Shown here piece after piece: positions 19,086-28,706 of a stretch of DNA of 64,000 bases (the stretch's first letter is position 1; each line of letters opens with the position of its first letter). The position numbers and the translations under genes were made by a program. Under the pieces are notes generated by a model. That model was not told where the DNA came from, ran no database searches, and worked only from the letters and a program-made list of their open reading frames with translations. The DNA lies in assembly GCA_023267435.1 (NCBI GenBank), contig JAHFNH010000002.1, positions 88,706 to 152,705 of the forward strand. Direction: 5' to 3'. This stretch comes from Candidatus Nomurabacteria bacterium. Its GTDB lineage: Bacteria > Patescibacteriota > Minisyncoccia > Phycocordibacterales > UBA9973.

Positions 19086-20051
19086 TTATTCCTCTTCTTC
19101 ATCCCCTACAGCTCCAGATTCAATAGATTCTATGATTTCTCCTATTCCGCCTTCCATTATTTTAGGCAGATTATGCCAAGATTTTTTAATGCGGTGGTCT
19201 GTCACACGATCCTGTGGAAAATTATAAGTACGAATTTTCTCACTTCTGTCCCCTGTTCCGATCTGACCTTTACGTTCACTAGAATATTTTTTTGCCTCCT
19301 CTTCTTCTTTTAATTGCTGAATCTTCGCAGTCAGAATCATCATCGCTTTTTCACGGTTTGCGAGCTGACTTCTTTCGTTAGTCGAACGAACATCTAGACC
19401 TGTCGGTATGTGAATCAAACGAACTGCCGTCTCAACCTTGTTCACGTTCTGTCCTCCTTTTCCACCAGAACGAGAATATTCCATTTCCAAATCAGCCGGA
19501 TTAATAACAAAATTCACTCTTTTTTTGATAGGTAAAATAGCAACAGATGCTGTCGAAGTGTGTACGCGTCCATTTTTTTCTGTCGCAGGAATTCTCTGTA
19601 CTCGATGCACGCCAGTTTCATAACGCATTTTTTTATAAACATCTTTGCCTTTTATTTCAAAACTCGCTTCTTTATATCCACCAATATCATTTTTTGATTC
19701 GTCGTTTGTCTTCCATTGCCAACCTTCTACTTCAGAAAATCTTTCATACATGTGCGCCAGTTCCCAAGCAAAAAGAGCGGCTTCATCTCCTCCAGCACCT
19801 GCACGAACTTCGAGAACTATTTCATTTGGAAATTCTTCTTCCTCTTTATCTTTATCTAAAATTTCTTGAATTTGTTTTTCTGCACCATCTTTCTGTTCTT
19901 GAATAGACTTCAACTCAGTTTGAGCCATTTCATGTAAAGTATCATCACTCGCGAGCATTTCACGCACTTCAGCTTCTTCACGAGCAAGACGCTCTAAAAT
20001 ACCTGCTAGATAGCTCGTCTTGTGATTTTTTTTTAATTCTTCTAGATCCAT
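19086..20051 (-). CDS. prfA: Peptide chain release factor 1
   Basis: GGQ motif plus RF1-type PAT tripeptide (RIPATEKNGRVHTS). Confidence 0.88.
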   Translation of the reverse strand: MDLEELKKNHKTSYLAGILERLAREEAEVREMLASDDTLHEMAQTELKSIQEQKDGAEKQIQEILDKDKEEEEFPNEIVLEVRAGAGGDEAALFAWELAHMYERFSEVEGWQWKTNDESKNDIGGYKEASFEIKGKDVYKKMRYETGVHRVQRIPATEKNGRVHTSTASVAILPIKKRVNFVINPADLEMEYSRSGGKGGQNVNKVETAVRLIHIPTGLDVRSTNERSQLANREKAMMILTAKIQQLKEEEEAKKYSSERKGQIGTGDRSEKIRTYNFPQDRVTDHRIKKSWHNLPKIMEGGIGEIIESIESGAVGDEEEE

Positions 20052-20065
20052 ATGATATAAGAAAA

Positions 20066-20150
20066 AAGCTTCTTAAAATTTTTTACTTCCGAGGGTCCCA
20101 ACCGGTACTCCGGGAAGGGCGCAGGAATAAAAAATTTCAAGAAGCTTTGG
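20066..20150. repeat. ~85-nt extended palindromic element between rpmE and prfA with a GC-rich nested core loosely resembling E1
   Basis: Outer arms aagcttcttaaaatttttt / aaaaaatttcaagaagctt (18 of 19 complementary), inner cttccgagggtcccaaccggtactccgggaagggcgcagg. Confidence 0.6.
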
Positions 20151-20154
20151 TCAG

Positions 20155-20373
20155 TTATTTCTTTGCTTTAGGAGATGCAGCTCGGCGCTTGTTGAAACGT
20201 TCTACACGTCCAGCTGTGTCCATGATCTTTTCATTACCAGTATAGAAAGGATGGCACTGACTGCAGATTTCCACAGAAATTTCAGGTAAAGTTGAACCAA
20301 CTTCAAATTCAGCTCCGCAGGCGCAAGTAGCTTTGGTCTTATCACTATATTTTGGGTGTATACCTTTTTTCAT
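20155..20373 (-). CDS. rpmE: 50S ribosomal protein L31 (zinc-binding type)
   Basis: MKKGIHPKY start and CxxC…CxxC. Confidence 0.9.
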   Translation of the reverse strand: MKKGIHPKYSDKTKATCACGAEFEVGSTLPEISVEICSQCHPFYTGNEKIMDTAGRVERFNKRRAASPKAKK

Positions 20374-20394
20374 ATTTAAGAGATTATCACAAAC

Positions 20395-21738
20395 CTAAAT
20401 CGAAAGCAAATCTATATCAGACTGTATCTTCTTAGCCTTACTCATAACACCATCACCATAAAAGGCATTAGCTTTTTTATTCCAATTACTACCGGCATAA
20501 TATTTCAAAGCAGCCGTACGCTCAGCGGTAAATCCTCCAGCACTAGCCCCCAGCTCTCCTAGATAAATAGACGATGCCATAAACGCATGCTCCGGTTCCC
20601 AAGGATTTGGCATTCCGCTTATACCGAGTGCATTTGCGATTTTACCTGCATAAAGTTCCCATGTAGAAGGAATAAATTGTGAAGGACCCATTGCTCCGCC
20701 ATAACCACCCTTCCAAGGACAAGACACTGGCATAGAATATGGATTCAAGCCAAGAGCTGCAGTTATGCGTTCAAATGGAGCTTGATCTCGATCAGGTTTC
20801 ATAACATTTTTCCAACTCTTTGAAGGTGGATCATCTGGTCTATTGCATGTACCGATATTTGCTCCTAGATTTGTTTCTTGAGTAAGAATAGCGAGGACAA
20901 ATGCCGGACGCACACCTGTCTTCTTTTCAGCTTCTTGTGCATACTTCAAAGCTGTTCCGAAAGGAATAGCTTTCGAATCACGCAACTGGAAAAGCGCAGC
21001 GCGAATTTTATCTGCTCTGGATTTTTTCTCAGCGGCAAGTTTTTGATAAGCATCTTCTTTTTGTTTTGAAATTGCTAAAAGCTGCTTCTTGTCGGCTTCA
21101 CTTTTAGCAAATTGTTTCTGTGCAGTCTCAAGTTCGACTTTTGCATCAGTTTCAGCATTTTGTTTTATTTCTAAATCTTTCTTTTCAGTTTCAGTTTGAA
21201 CTTTAACTCCGGTAATTTCTTCCACAGAAGCTTTAACAGCTTGTTTAATAGAAGCATACGATTCTAAATCGCTGTAGAAATTTGAAATACTTTGATCAGA
21301 AAGAATCAAATGCATTATATTTTCATTATCAAATTCATTGGTATTTCTTAAAAGCTGAGCGAGAGATTCATGTTCGCGATCTATCTTGTCGGAAAGAGTT
21401 CCTATTGTTGTTACTTTTTCACTAATTGAAACTTTCAATTGAGCTATAACCAAAGCGCGAGCTTTTATTTTTGTTTTTAGAGCATTGATCTGACTAGTCA
21501 AATAATTTACATCGCCTTTCAATGTACCAGTTTGTTTTTGCTGTTCTTTTTGTTTTGCCAATAAGTCTGTTAATTGTTGTTCTATTTGGGCTAATTCATT
21601 ACGACAGTAATCCTTATCTGTTTGTGAAGAAGATATGGAAAGTGTTAAACAGTCAAAAACAGCGTACGCTTTATGGGCCGTAAATCCTGAAAACAACAAT
21701 ATTACAACAAAAAAAGTTATGACCGTTTTCCGTATCAT
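20395..21738 (-). CDS. Secreted coiled-coil protein with C-terminal lytic transglycosylase (MltB/SLT_2-like) domain
   Basis: Signal peptide MIRKTVITFFVVILLFSGFTAHKAYA, long Q/K/E-rich coiled coil, catalytic LTQETNLG and GAMGPSQFIPSTW motifs. Start set to Met-68; the upstream extension is K-rich and overlaps rplY. Confidence 0.7.
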   Translation of the reverse strand: MIRKTVITFFVVILLFSGFTAHKAYAVFDCLTLSISSSQTDKDYCRNELAQIEQQLTDLLAKQKEQQKQTGTLKGDVNYLTSQINALKTKIKARALVIAQLKVSISEKVTTIGTLSDKIDREHESLAQLLRNTNEFDNENIMHLILSDQSISNFYSDLESYASIKQAVKASVEEITGVKVQTETEKKDLEIKQNAETDAKVELETAQKQFAKSEADKKQLLAISKQKEDAYQKLAAEKKSRADKIRAALFQLRDSKAIPFGTALKYAQEAEKKTGVRPAFVLAILTQETNLGANIGTCNRPDDPPSKSWKNVMKPDRDQAPFERITAALGLNPYSMPVSCPWKGGYGGAMGPSQFIPSTWELYAGKIANALGISGMPNPWEPEHAFMASSIYLGELGASAGGFTAERTAALKYYAGSNWNKKANAFYGDGVMSKAKKIQSDIDLLSI

Positions 21739-21799
21739 AACTTTAATTGTAACATAATTTAGTTTAATTTTTCCCTCGGTCATAAACCTACAGGTGAAA

Positions 21800-22438
21800 C
21801 TATTCCGCTGGAGCAGCTTCTTCTTCTTTCTTACCTTTCTTTTCAACTTCGATTGCAGATAGATCAACTGGTGCAGCAACTTCTTCAACTTCTTCTTTTT
21901 GTTCTGCGATCGATGCAACAACTTCGTCAGCTTCAGCAAGGATTGTAACTCCAGCTGGAGCTTTCAAATCTGAAATAAGTATCTGATCATCTAATGTTGC
22001 AAGCTTGGAAATATCAACAACGATATTGTGTGGAAGATCTTTTGGAAGAGCTTCAACTTCAACTTCGTGCAAAACTTTCACAAGTGTACCAGAACCTGAT
22101 TTAACAGCTTCTGAAATACCTTCGAATTCAAGAGGGATATTAACGGTAATTTTCTTGTTCATATCGATCACTAGGAAATCTGCATGTATAGGATCATCGG
22201 TTACAGGATCAACTTGAACATCATGAATTAAAACATCTACATCTCCTTCTGGAGTAGAAATTTTAACAGCAGAAGACTCTCCTGCTTGTTGCCAAACTTT
22301 TTTAAATTCAATTTTTGATACTGAAATTGAAGTGGTCTTTTTATTTAATCCGTAAAAAACAGCTGGCAATTCACCTGCTTTTCGCATTTCTGATAAGTCT
22401 TGTTTTATATCTCTATTTTTCGCTGTTAATTTAAGCAT
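21800..22438 (-). CDS. rplY: 50S ribosomal protein L25 / general stress protein Ctc
   Basis: L25 N-domain plus acidic C-terminal tail. Confidence 0.85.
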   Translation of the reverse strand: MLKLTAKNRDIKQDLSEMRKAGELPAVFYGLNKKTTSISVSKIEFKKVWQQAGESSAVKISTPEGDVDVLIHDVQVDPVTDDPIHADFLVIDMNKKITVNIPLEFEGISEAVKSGSGTLVKVLHEVEVEALPKDLPHNIVVDISKLATLDDQILISDLKAPAGVTILAEADEVVASIAEQKEEVEEVAAPVDLSAIEVEKKGKKEEEAAPAE

Positions 22439-22479
22439 GAAGACATTATATACAAAATTTTTAAAAAGGCAAATTATTT

Positions 22480-24282
22480 CTATACCCCATGGTGTGGTTT
22501 TGGGTGTTCTATGGCTAAATGGCTTGCAACGTATTCTTTGGTGCCCATACCTCCCTGAGGCAGTGCGATCTTTTTACCAGGATTGAAAATATTTTTGGGA
22601 TCAAAGATATTCTTAACTTCACCAAATAAAGCATAAATTTTCTCGCCGTACATTTTTTCCAAATATGGCGTACGGATTATTCCATCATTATGTTCCGCGG
22701 TAATAGAACCTTCATAATCTAAAACTAAATCATAAACCTTTTCGGAAAGCTCAGTTATAATTTCAGCTGTATTGCTCCGACTAAAATCCATCAAGGGGAT
22801 AATATGAAAATTACCATCACCTGCGTGTCCGGCAATCGTATATTCTAAATTATAATTTTTCAAAATATTATTAAGTTCTGGAATAAATTTCGGTAAGAAT
22901 TCTGGACGAACAATAATGTCATCGATAAATGGCGCAGTACGTTTTCCAGAAACATGTTTGCGTAATAGATTAAAGCTCTCACGTCTAATGTCCCAATATT
23001 TCCCTGCTTCAGCTTCTGTTTTAGTAATGTGCACTTCTAGTTTAAAATCTTTTATTTTTTCTTTCAAACTTAAACACTGCTTATTTACTTCTGTATCATC
23101 GTCACTAGCAAATTCAGCTAATAAAATTAATTTCGGAAATCCGCCCGTAATCATCATTTTTAATTCCGGCAAGAAACTCCACATGAATTTTATCATTCCA
23201 AAAAATCCTTTAGTCTTTAAAAAATCTGGGAAAAATCGCACTGCAAGCTTCATAGTCTTATCGTCATAAGTTTCCAATGTCTCAAGGTTCGTTTCTAAAA
23301 TAGAATCTACAAGTTTACCCAATGGCGCTAAATCATTCATGAAAATAACCACAAGTTTCGAATGTTTTGGATTTTTAACAAGTTTGAAAGTTATTTCTGT
23401 GGCTATGCCTAAAGTTCCTTGTGAACCTACGAGTAATTTATTCAGATTAAAGACCGGCAAAGAATTTTTAGCGTCGTGGGTTCCCTGTCCTATGTCTCCG
23501 AGGGCGAAGGCGCCTAAATTCTTTGCTGGTTGGTTCTCTATAACATTCCAAAGATAATATCCAGCAGAATTCTTATGAACTTTTGGTTTTGCATTATTTA
23601 TTTCTTCTTGATTATTTTTTATTAAATCATAAAGTTTTTTATAATTTTCTTCTTTCTGTGAAATTTCACTTAAAGGAAAAGATTTCACAACTCTTTCCAC
23701 TCCATCTGAGAAAACAACTTTCGCTTCCATAACATAATCTTCCGTCTTGCCATATTTCAAAGTTCTTTCACCAGCAGAATTATTACCATACATTCCACCC
23801 ATCGCATTGAGACTTTTTGACGCTGTATAACAAGGTAAAATTAAACCTTCGGCTAAAGTTATCTTTTCAAAATCTCGGTAAAACGTTCCAGGCTGAACGG
23901 TAATAGTACTCTCCAGTAAAGGATTTTTAGAGTCGTGGGTTCCCTGTCCTTTGTCTCCGAGGGCGAAGGCTCCAAAATCCTTTACTGGAGAGAAGGACAC
24001 CAACTTATTCATATATTTAGTGAAATCTAAAATAATAGATTCATTTATCGCCCCACCAGACATATCTGTACCAGCGCAACGAGCTGTAATTGAGAGTTCT
24101 GGATACTTGGTTTTATTTTCATTTACCCATTTCACTAAATTCTGTACATCTTCTGAATCTTTTGGAAAAACAACTAACTTTGGTCTAACTTCAAAAATAC
24201 TCGCATCATGCGAATATTTTTTGAGAGTTTCTTCACTATCATCCACATCTCCCCTGAAAAATTTTTTAATTTCTTCTTTCAC
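22480..24282 (-). CDS. FAD-linked oxidase (GlcD / D-lactate dehydrogenase family) carrying two in-frame E1-element insertions
   Basis: FAD-binding PCMH-type region (RCAGTDMSGGA), C-terminal HAGDGNFH motif. Two 15-aa insertions GAFALGD(I/K)GQGTHD(A/S) are encoded by the E1 repeat. Confidence 0.8.
   Translation of the reverse strand: MKEEIKKFFRGDVDDSEETLKKYSHDASIFEVRPKLVVFPKDSEDVQNLVKWVNENKTKYPELSITARCAGTDMSGGAINESIILDFTKYMNKLVSFSPVKDFGAFALGDKGQGTHDSKNPLLESTITVQPGTFYRDFEKITLAEGLILPCYTASKSLNAMGGMYGNNSAGERTLKYGKTEDYVMEAKVVFSDGVERVVKSFPLSEISQKEENYKKLYDLIKNNQEEINNAKPKVHKNSAGYYLWNVIENQPAKNLGAFALGDIGQGTHDAKNSLPVFNLNKLLVGSQGTLGIATEITFKLVKNPKHSKLVVIFMNDLAPLGKLVDSILETNLETLETYDDKTMKLAVRFFPDFLKTKGFFGMIKFMWSFLPELKMMITGGFPKLILLAEFASDDDTEVNKQCLSLKEKIKDFKLEVHITKTEAEAGKYWDIRRESFNLLRKHVSGKRTAPFIDDIIVRPEFLPKFIPELNNILKNYNLEYTIAGHAGDGNFHIIPLMDFSRSNTAEIITELSEKVYDLVLDYEGSITAEHNDGIIRTPYLEKMYGEKIYALFGEVKNIFDPKNIFNPGKKIALPQGGMGTKEYVASHLAIEHPKPHHGV
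23470..23514. repeat. E1 repeat element, in-frame copy inside the FAD oxidase
   Basis: agcgtcgtgggttccctgtcctatgtctccgagggcgaaggcgcc. Confidence 0.85.
23929..23973. repeat. E1 repeat element, second in-frame copy inside the FAD oxidase
   Basis: agagtcgtgggttccctgtcctttgtctccgagggcgaaggctcc. Confidence 0.85.
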
Positions 24283-24297
24283 AAAAGATTATTGAGA

Positions 24298-25164
24298 TTA
24301 TTGCATTCCACTAAATAATTTTAATCTTGCTTCGACGACTGCTTCGATAGCATCTACCGCCGGCTGTAAAATTTTTGCCGGAGTTATTTCAGATGAATTT
24401 TCTTTCAAGAATTTTTCTACAGCTTCTCTAAAAGCTAAACGTATCTCACTATTTATATGCACAATGGAAATACCCGCTTTGATAGCATTCGTAAAATCTT
24501 CATCTCGCAAACCTGAACCACCATGAAGCACAAGGGGAATACCTGTAACTTTTTTTATTTCTGTCACAAGTTCTGCATTAATATGTGGCTTGCCTGTTTT
24601 AATAAGTCCGTGAATACTGCCGACTGACGGAGCAAATAAATCTATACTAGTCGCATCTACAAATTTCTTTGCATCTTCAGGAGTTGTTAAAATTCCAGCA
24701 CCTTCCGGTACTACATCTCTGATAATTGACCCAGAACCAATATAACCAAGTTCAGCTTCAACTAAAATATCTCTGCCAGTCTTCGCAGTCACTTCACGTG
24801 CATAATCTACACATTGTTTAGTAACAGCTACATTTTCATCAAAAGGTAATTTCGCAGCATCGATGATAACCATATCGAAACCAACATCAATACACTTCTT
24901 TACTGATTCGAAACTCGCATGATGATCTGCGTTTAAAAATATTGGGTAATTATCACGGGTACGAATTTCAGAAACAACTGCATAAACTTCTTCTAATCCA
25001 GCAAATTTTTCTTCCCCTTCTGAAACTCCAATAATAACTGGAAGATTTAATTTCTTTGCTGCATTATAAATACCGTGTAAAGCTTCCAAATTTGAAATAT
25101 TAAAATGCCCGATGGCAATTCCCTTTTCACCAGCTTCCTTTATGTACTCGCGTAATGTTTTCAT
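24298..25164 (-). CDS. fba: Class II fructose-bisphosphate aldolase
   Basis: HFNISNLE…LHGGSG zinc-aldolase motifs. Confidence 0.88.
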   Translation of the reverse strand: MKTLREYIKEAGEKGIAIGHFNISNLEALHGIYNAAKKLNLPVIIGVSEGEEKFAGLEEVYAVVSEIRTRDNYPIFLNADHHASFESVKKCIDVGFDMVIIDAAKLPFDENVAVTKQCVDYAREVTAKTGRDILVEAELGYIGSGSIIRDVVPEGAGILTTPEDAKKFVDATSIDLFAPSVGSIHGLIKTGKPHINAELVTEIKKVTGIPLVLHGGSGLRDEDFTNAIKAGISIVHINSEIRLAFREAVEKFLKENSSEITPAKILQPAVDAIEAVVEARLKLFSGMQ

Positions 25165-25244
25165 GAATATATTTTATCATATTAAAAATAAAAAAACGCT
25201 ATACTTTTTACAAGCATAGCGTTTTAGCCAAATCATTACTTAAA

Positions 25245-25835
25245 TTAACCTTTTTCAATAATTACTGAAAGTTCTTTTCTTTTTTCAATTCTTTCAGAGC
25301 GAAGCTTTGCGCTTTTATTCCAAAGTCTTTGTAATAACATTTTACGAACTTTTTCGTTTTTTTGATGTTTACTTTCTATCGCAATTTCTTTTTCTTTTTC
25401 TAATTTTTCGTATTGTTCAGCTTCATCACTGTCTTTTTTAGGCCAGGTAATTACTGCCAAAGCATTAAAAAATCGAATATTTGATATATTGCTCTTTATT
25501 TGTAAAACATCACTTTCTTTGAAGAAGCTAACCTCAAGATTATCAATAGTAGGCGGTAAGGCAGATAAATACTTTGTGTGCTTATCTTTTGGTATTATTT
25601 TTTTAAATCCAAAAAACCATTCCTGAGCTCCGTGTCCTCCGGCATAAGAAACATAACCGGTATCAAAATCTTTTTTATTTCTCAATACTAAAATAGAATT
25701 TTTTGAAAAAGCATCAAAGTAATTTCCGTAAGCAATAAGTTTTAAAAAGTAAATTTTTTTACCCCTGTATTTAAACAAAAAGTAAAGTTGTCCGTTTAGT
25801 TTAACAACGGTAATAATTATTTTTTCCATTTTCAA
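25245..25835 (-). CDS. Hypothetical protein (196 aa)
   Basis: ORF only. Confidence 0.5.
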   Translation of the reverse strand: MKMEKIIITVVKLNGQLYFLFKYRGKKIYFLKLIAYGNYFDAFSKNSILVLRNKKDFDTGYVSYAGGHGAQEWFFGFKKIIPKDKHTKYLSALPPTIDNLEVSFFKESDVLQIKSNISNIRFFNALAVITWPKKDSDEAEQYEKLEKEKEIAIESKHQKNEKVRKMLLQRLWNKSAKLRSERIEKRKELSVIIEKG

Positions 25836-25950
25836 AGAGTTTAAATTTTTTATACTGATTTATTTATTTTTATAATACAAAACTTATTTAAATAAGTCAA
25901 TAAAAACGTAACGGGCAACGTACACGCTTCCTGAATTCAATATAAAAATA

Positions 25951-27393
25951 CTATTTAAGTAAATCTTTTAAGATTTCGATAACTATTTTAGGATTTGCAC
26001 TACCATTACTTTCTTTGATGATTTTTCCGACTAGAGACATAATGGCATTTTCTTTTCCACCCTTATAAGTAGCAACAACTTCAGGATTTTCTAAAACAAC
26101 CTTTTCTGCAATAGTTTTAATTGCACCTGTATCATTTTTCTGAAGTAAATCTTTTTCTGTCGCAATTTTGAGTGGCGATTCATCATTTAATACAATCATA
26201 GCCAAGATATCTTTGGCGACTCTGGAAGATATTTTATTTTCAGTAAACAAAGATACTAATTCAGCGAAATTCTCTACTTTTGGGAGTTGAACTCCCAAAT
26301 TTGTTTTCTTAAGACCAAGATAATCAGAAGTTATAAAATTCGAAGCTATTTTTAATTTATCAGCTACTGGAATAATCTTCGCAACGTTTTCAAACCAAGT
26401 TCCAAGTATCGGATCATTGATATATACCTCTATATCTTCTTCTTTAATACCGAAATCATTTTTGTATCGTGCGCGCATTTCTGAAGGAAGTTCCGGCAAA
26501 CTTTTCTTTAATTCTTCTATATTAAAAATCTCATGAAGTTTAAACTTTGTAATATCTGGATCTGGGAAATATCTGTAATCCTGACTAGATTCTTTTTTTC
26601 TCTGTGAGAATGTTTTTTGTTTTCCATCATCCCAACCACGAGTTTCTTTTACTATTTCACTTTCTCTGCCTGTTTCAAAAAGATCTATCATTCTTTCTAC
26701 TTCATATTTGATAGCTTTCTCAACAGTTCGAAATGAATTTAGATTTTTTACTTCGACATATGCAGTCCATTTTTTATCTTTATCTGGAGAAACAGAAACA
26801 TTCGCTTCCACGCGCATCTCACCTTTTTCCATATTTGCCTCGGACGCACCGAGATACCAAAGTATTAACTGGTACTCTTTTGCAAAAATAGACGCAGCTT
26901 TCGCAGCATCATCAGGATTCTCAAATGTATGCGCTTCAGTTACAAGTTCCATAAGTGGTACACCTGCACGATTAAAATCAATCAATGAGTATCCTCCACT
27001 TGCACTCTCATAGTGCTTATTATTTGCGGTATCTTCTTCTAGATGAATACGAGTCAGGTCCATACCTACCAAACGTCCACCGAAAACTATTGGATATTTA
27101 AATTGTGAAATCTGATAACCTTTTGGAATATCTGGGTAGAAATAATTCTTTCTGTCGAACTCTGTAAAATCTGCAATATTTGAACCTAGAGCCAAACCAA
27201 CTTTTATCACACTTTCAACGGCTTTTTTATTTACAACCGGCAAAGTACCAGGATGCGCCATGCAAACTGGGCAGATGTTTTTATTTGGAGTTTCTTCGTC
27301 AGGATCATTTTTGCAACTACAAAACATCTTTGTGTTTGTCTTCAATTCTGCGTGTATTTCTAAGCCGATTGTCGTGTAATATTTCTTTTCCAT
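25951..27393 (-). CDS. gatB: Asp/Glu-tRNA amidotransferase subunit B
   Basis: Characteristic N-terminus (YYTTIGLEIHAELKT) and GatB/YqeY tail. Confidence 0.92.
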   Translation of the reverse strand: MEKKYYTTIGLEIHAELKTNTKMFCSCKNDPDEETPNKNICPVCMAHPGTLPVVNKKAVESVIKVGLALGSNIADFTEFDRKNYFYPDIPKGYQISQFKYPIVFGGRLVGMDLTRIHLEEDTANNKHYESASGGYSLIDFNRAGVPLMELVTEAHTFENPDDAAKAASIFAKEYQLILWYLGASEANMEKGEMRVEANVSVSPDKDKKWTAYVEVKNLNSFRTVEKAIKYEVERMIDLFETGRESEIVKETRGWDDGKQKTFSQRKKESSQDYRYFPDPDITKFKLHEIFNIEELKKSLPELPSEMRARYKNDFGIKEEDIEVYINDPILGTWFENVAKIIPVADKLKIASNFITSDYLGLKKTNLGVQLPKVENFAELVSLFTENKISSRVAKDILAMIVLNDESPLKIATEKDLLQKNDTGAIKTIAEKVVLENPEVVATYKGGKENAIMSLVGKIIKESNGSANPKIVIEILKDLLK

Positions 27394-27414
27394 AGCTACT
27401 ATAATATCATATTT

Positions 27415-27708
27415 TTATTCTTTTATAGTCGCTTCGACGTGAATAGTCTCACTAGAAGAACTTGAAGGTGTGTCACTTTTTACAAATTTGTTATATATCC
27501 AAAATCCTTTTCTTGAAACATTGTTAGCCGTGCCCATTATCGCTTTAAATTTTAAAAATATAATTAGTGAAACTATTCCTGCAATAACAAAAGGCAAAAT
27601 AGCAATAAAGAAAATTACTTTAAAAAATAAATACGGCCCGCCTAGAAAATGCGTAAACCCTAGTGCCCAGATCAAAAGCATTGTTAAAAAAGAGCTGGAG
27701 ATTCTCAT
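27415..27708 (-). CDS. Small membrane protein (97 aa)
   Basis: Three hydrophobic helices. Confidence 0.45.
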   Translation of the reverse strand: MRISSSFLTMLLIWALGFTHFLGGPYLFFKVIFFIAILPFVIAGIVSLIIFLKFKAIMGTANNVSRKGFWIYNKFVKSDTPSSSSSETIHVEATIKE

Positions 27709-28704
27709 TTATTTTTTCTTTAAAATCTTTACTAAGTCGTCTCTGAAATCTTTTACTGACTTATCATCAAATAAAGATATAGTGAAAACTTTCTTACCTA
27801 ATTTTTCAAATTCTTTTTTTCTTTTTTCTATAAGTTTAGGATCTTCTGCAACGTCTGTCTTCGTAAGAAGAATTATTTCATCTTTAGTTGAAAGACCATC
27901 TTCTGTTAAATCATTTTTCTTGTCATAAGCTTCCAGTTCTTTACGAATCTCTTTGTAAACTTTCATCATGTTTGCATTTTCAAAAGAAATAAGATGAGCA
28001 AGCATTTTTGTACGTTTGATGTGTTTCAAAAATTTAACACCTAAACCTTTTCCTTCAGAAGCACCTTCAATAATTCCTGGGATATCGGCAATAATGTATC
28101 CATAAAATTCTCCAAGGTTTGGGTCGAGTGTCGTAAAAGCATAATCGCCCACTTTCGCTTCAGCATTGGTCAAAGCATTCAGTAATGAAGATTTACCAGC
28201 ATTTGGTAGACCAACAAGTCCAATATCTGCGAAAAGTTCGAGTTCAACATGAAAATCACCCTGCTCGCCTTCTTGACCAGGATTAAATTCTTGAGGAGTT
28301 GTATTCGTAGAACTTTTAAAATGTTCATTGCCGTATCCACCATATCCACCTTTCAAAAGTTGAACCTTTTCTCCTTCTTCAAAAAGCTGAATTTTTTCTC
28401 CGGTTGCAACATTGGTAACAATAGAACCGATTGGCAATTCTAAAACAAAATCTTCACCATTCTTGCCATGCAGACTTTTCTTTGCTCCGTCTTCACCGCG
28501 TTCAGCGGAAAACTCTTTTTTCATTTTATATTTCGAAAGAATATTAATATCACGCACAGTTTGCACGTAAAAATTACCTCCACGTCCGCCATCACCACCT
28601 GCAGGCCCACCTTTGGGTACGAATTTTTCCTGACGCCAACGTACTACGCCGTCACCACCTCTTCCAGCCTCTGCATGTATATTTATTTCATCTATAAAAG
28701 CCAT
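27709..28704 (-). CDS. obg: GTPase Obg/CgtA
   Basis: Gly-rich Obg fold (GGDGGRGG) followed by GxxxxGKS GTPase. Confidence 0.92.
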   Translation of the reverse strand: MAFIDEINIHAEAGRGGDGVVRWRQEKFVPKGGPAGGDGGRGGNFYVQTVRDINILSKYKMKKEFSAERGEDGAKKSLHGKNGEDFVLELPIGSIVTNVATGEKIQLFEEGEKVQLLKGGYGGYGNEHFKSSTNTTPQEFNPGQEGEQGDFHVELELFADIGLVGLPNAGKSSLLNALTNAEAKVGDYAFTTLDPNLGEFYGYIIADIPGIIEGASEGKGLGVKFLKHIKRTKMLAHLISFENANMMKVYKEIRKELEAYDKKNDLTEDGLSTKDEIILLTKTDVAEDPKLIEKRKKEFEKLGKKVFTISLFDDKSVKDFRDDLVKILKKK

Positions 28705-28706
28705 AT

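Noticed and set aside
19086-20051. Possibility of an alternative genetic code (UGA recoding), since only RF1 is seen
   Set aside because: TGA terminates rsmI (9935..9937) and ORF 56400..56822 cleanly, and TAA and TAG are also used. This is the standard code, and RF2 is simply outside this window or absent.
22480-24282. Interpretation of the duplicated GAFALGDxGQGTHD segments as an internal protein-domain duplication
   Set aside because: The same 45-nt sequence also occurs in a non-coding spacer (16721..16767) with conserved nucleotide arms. The repeat unit is therefore a DNA element, not a protein module.
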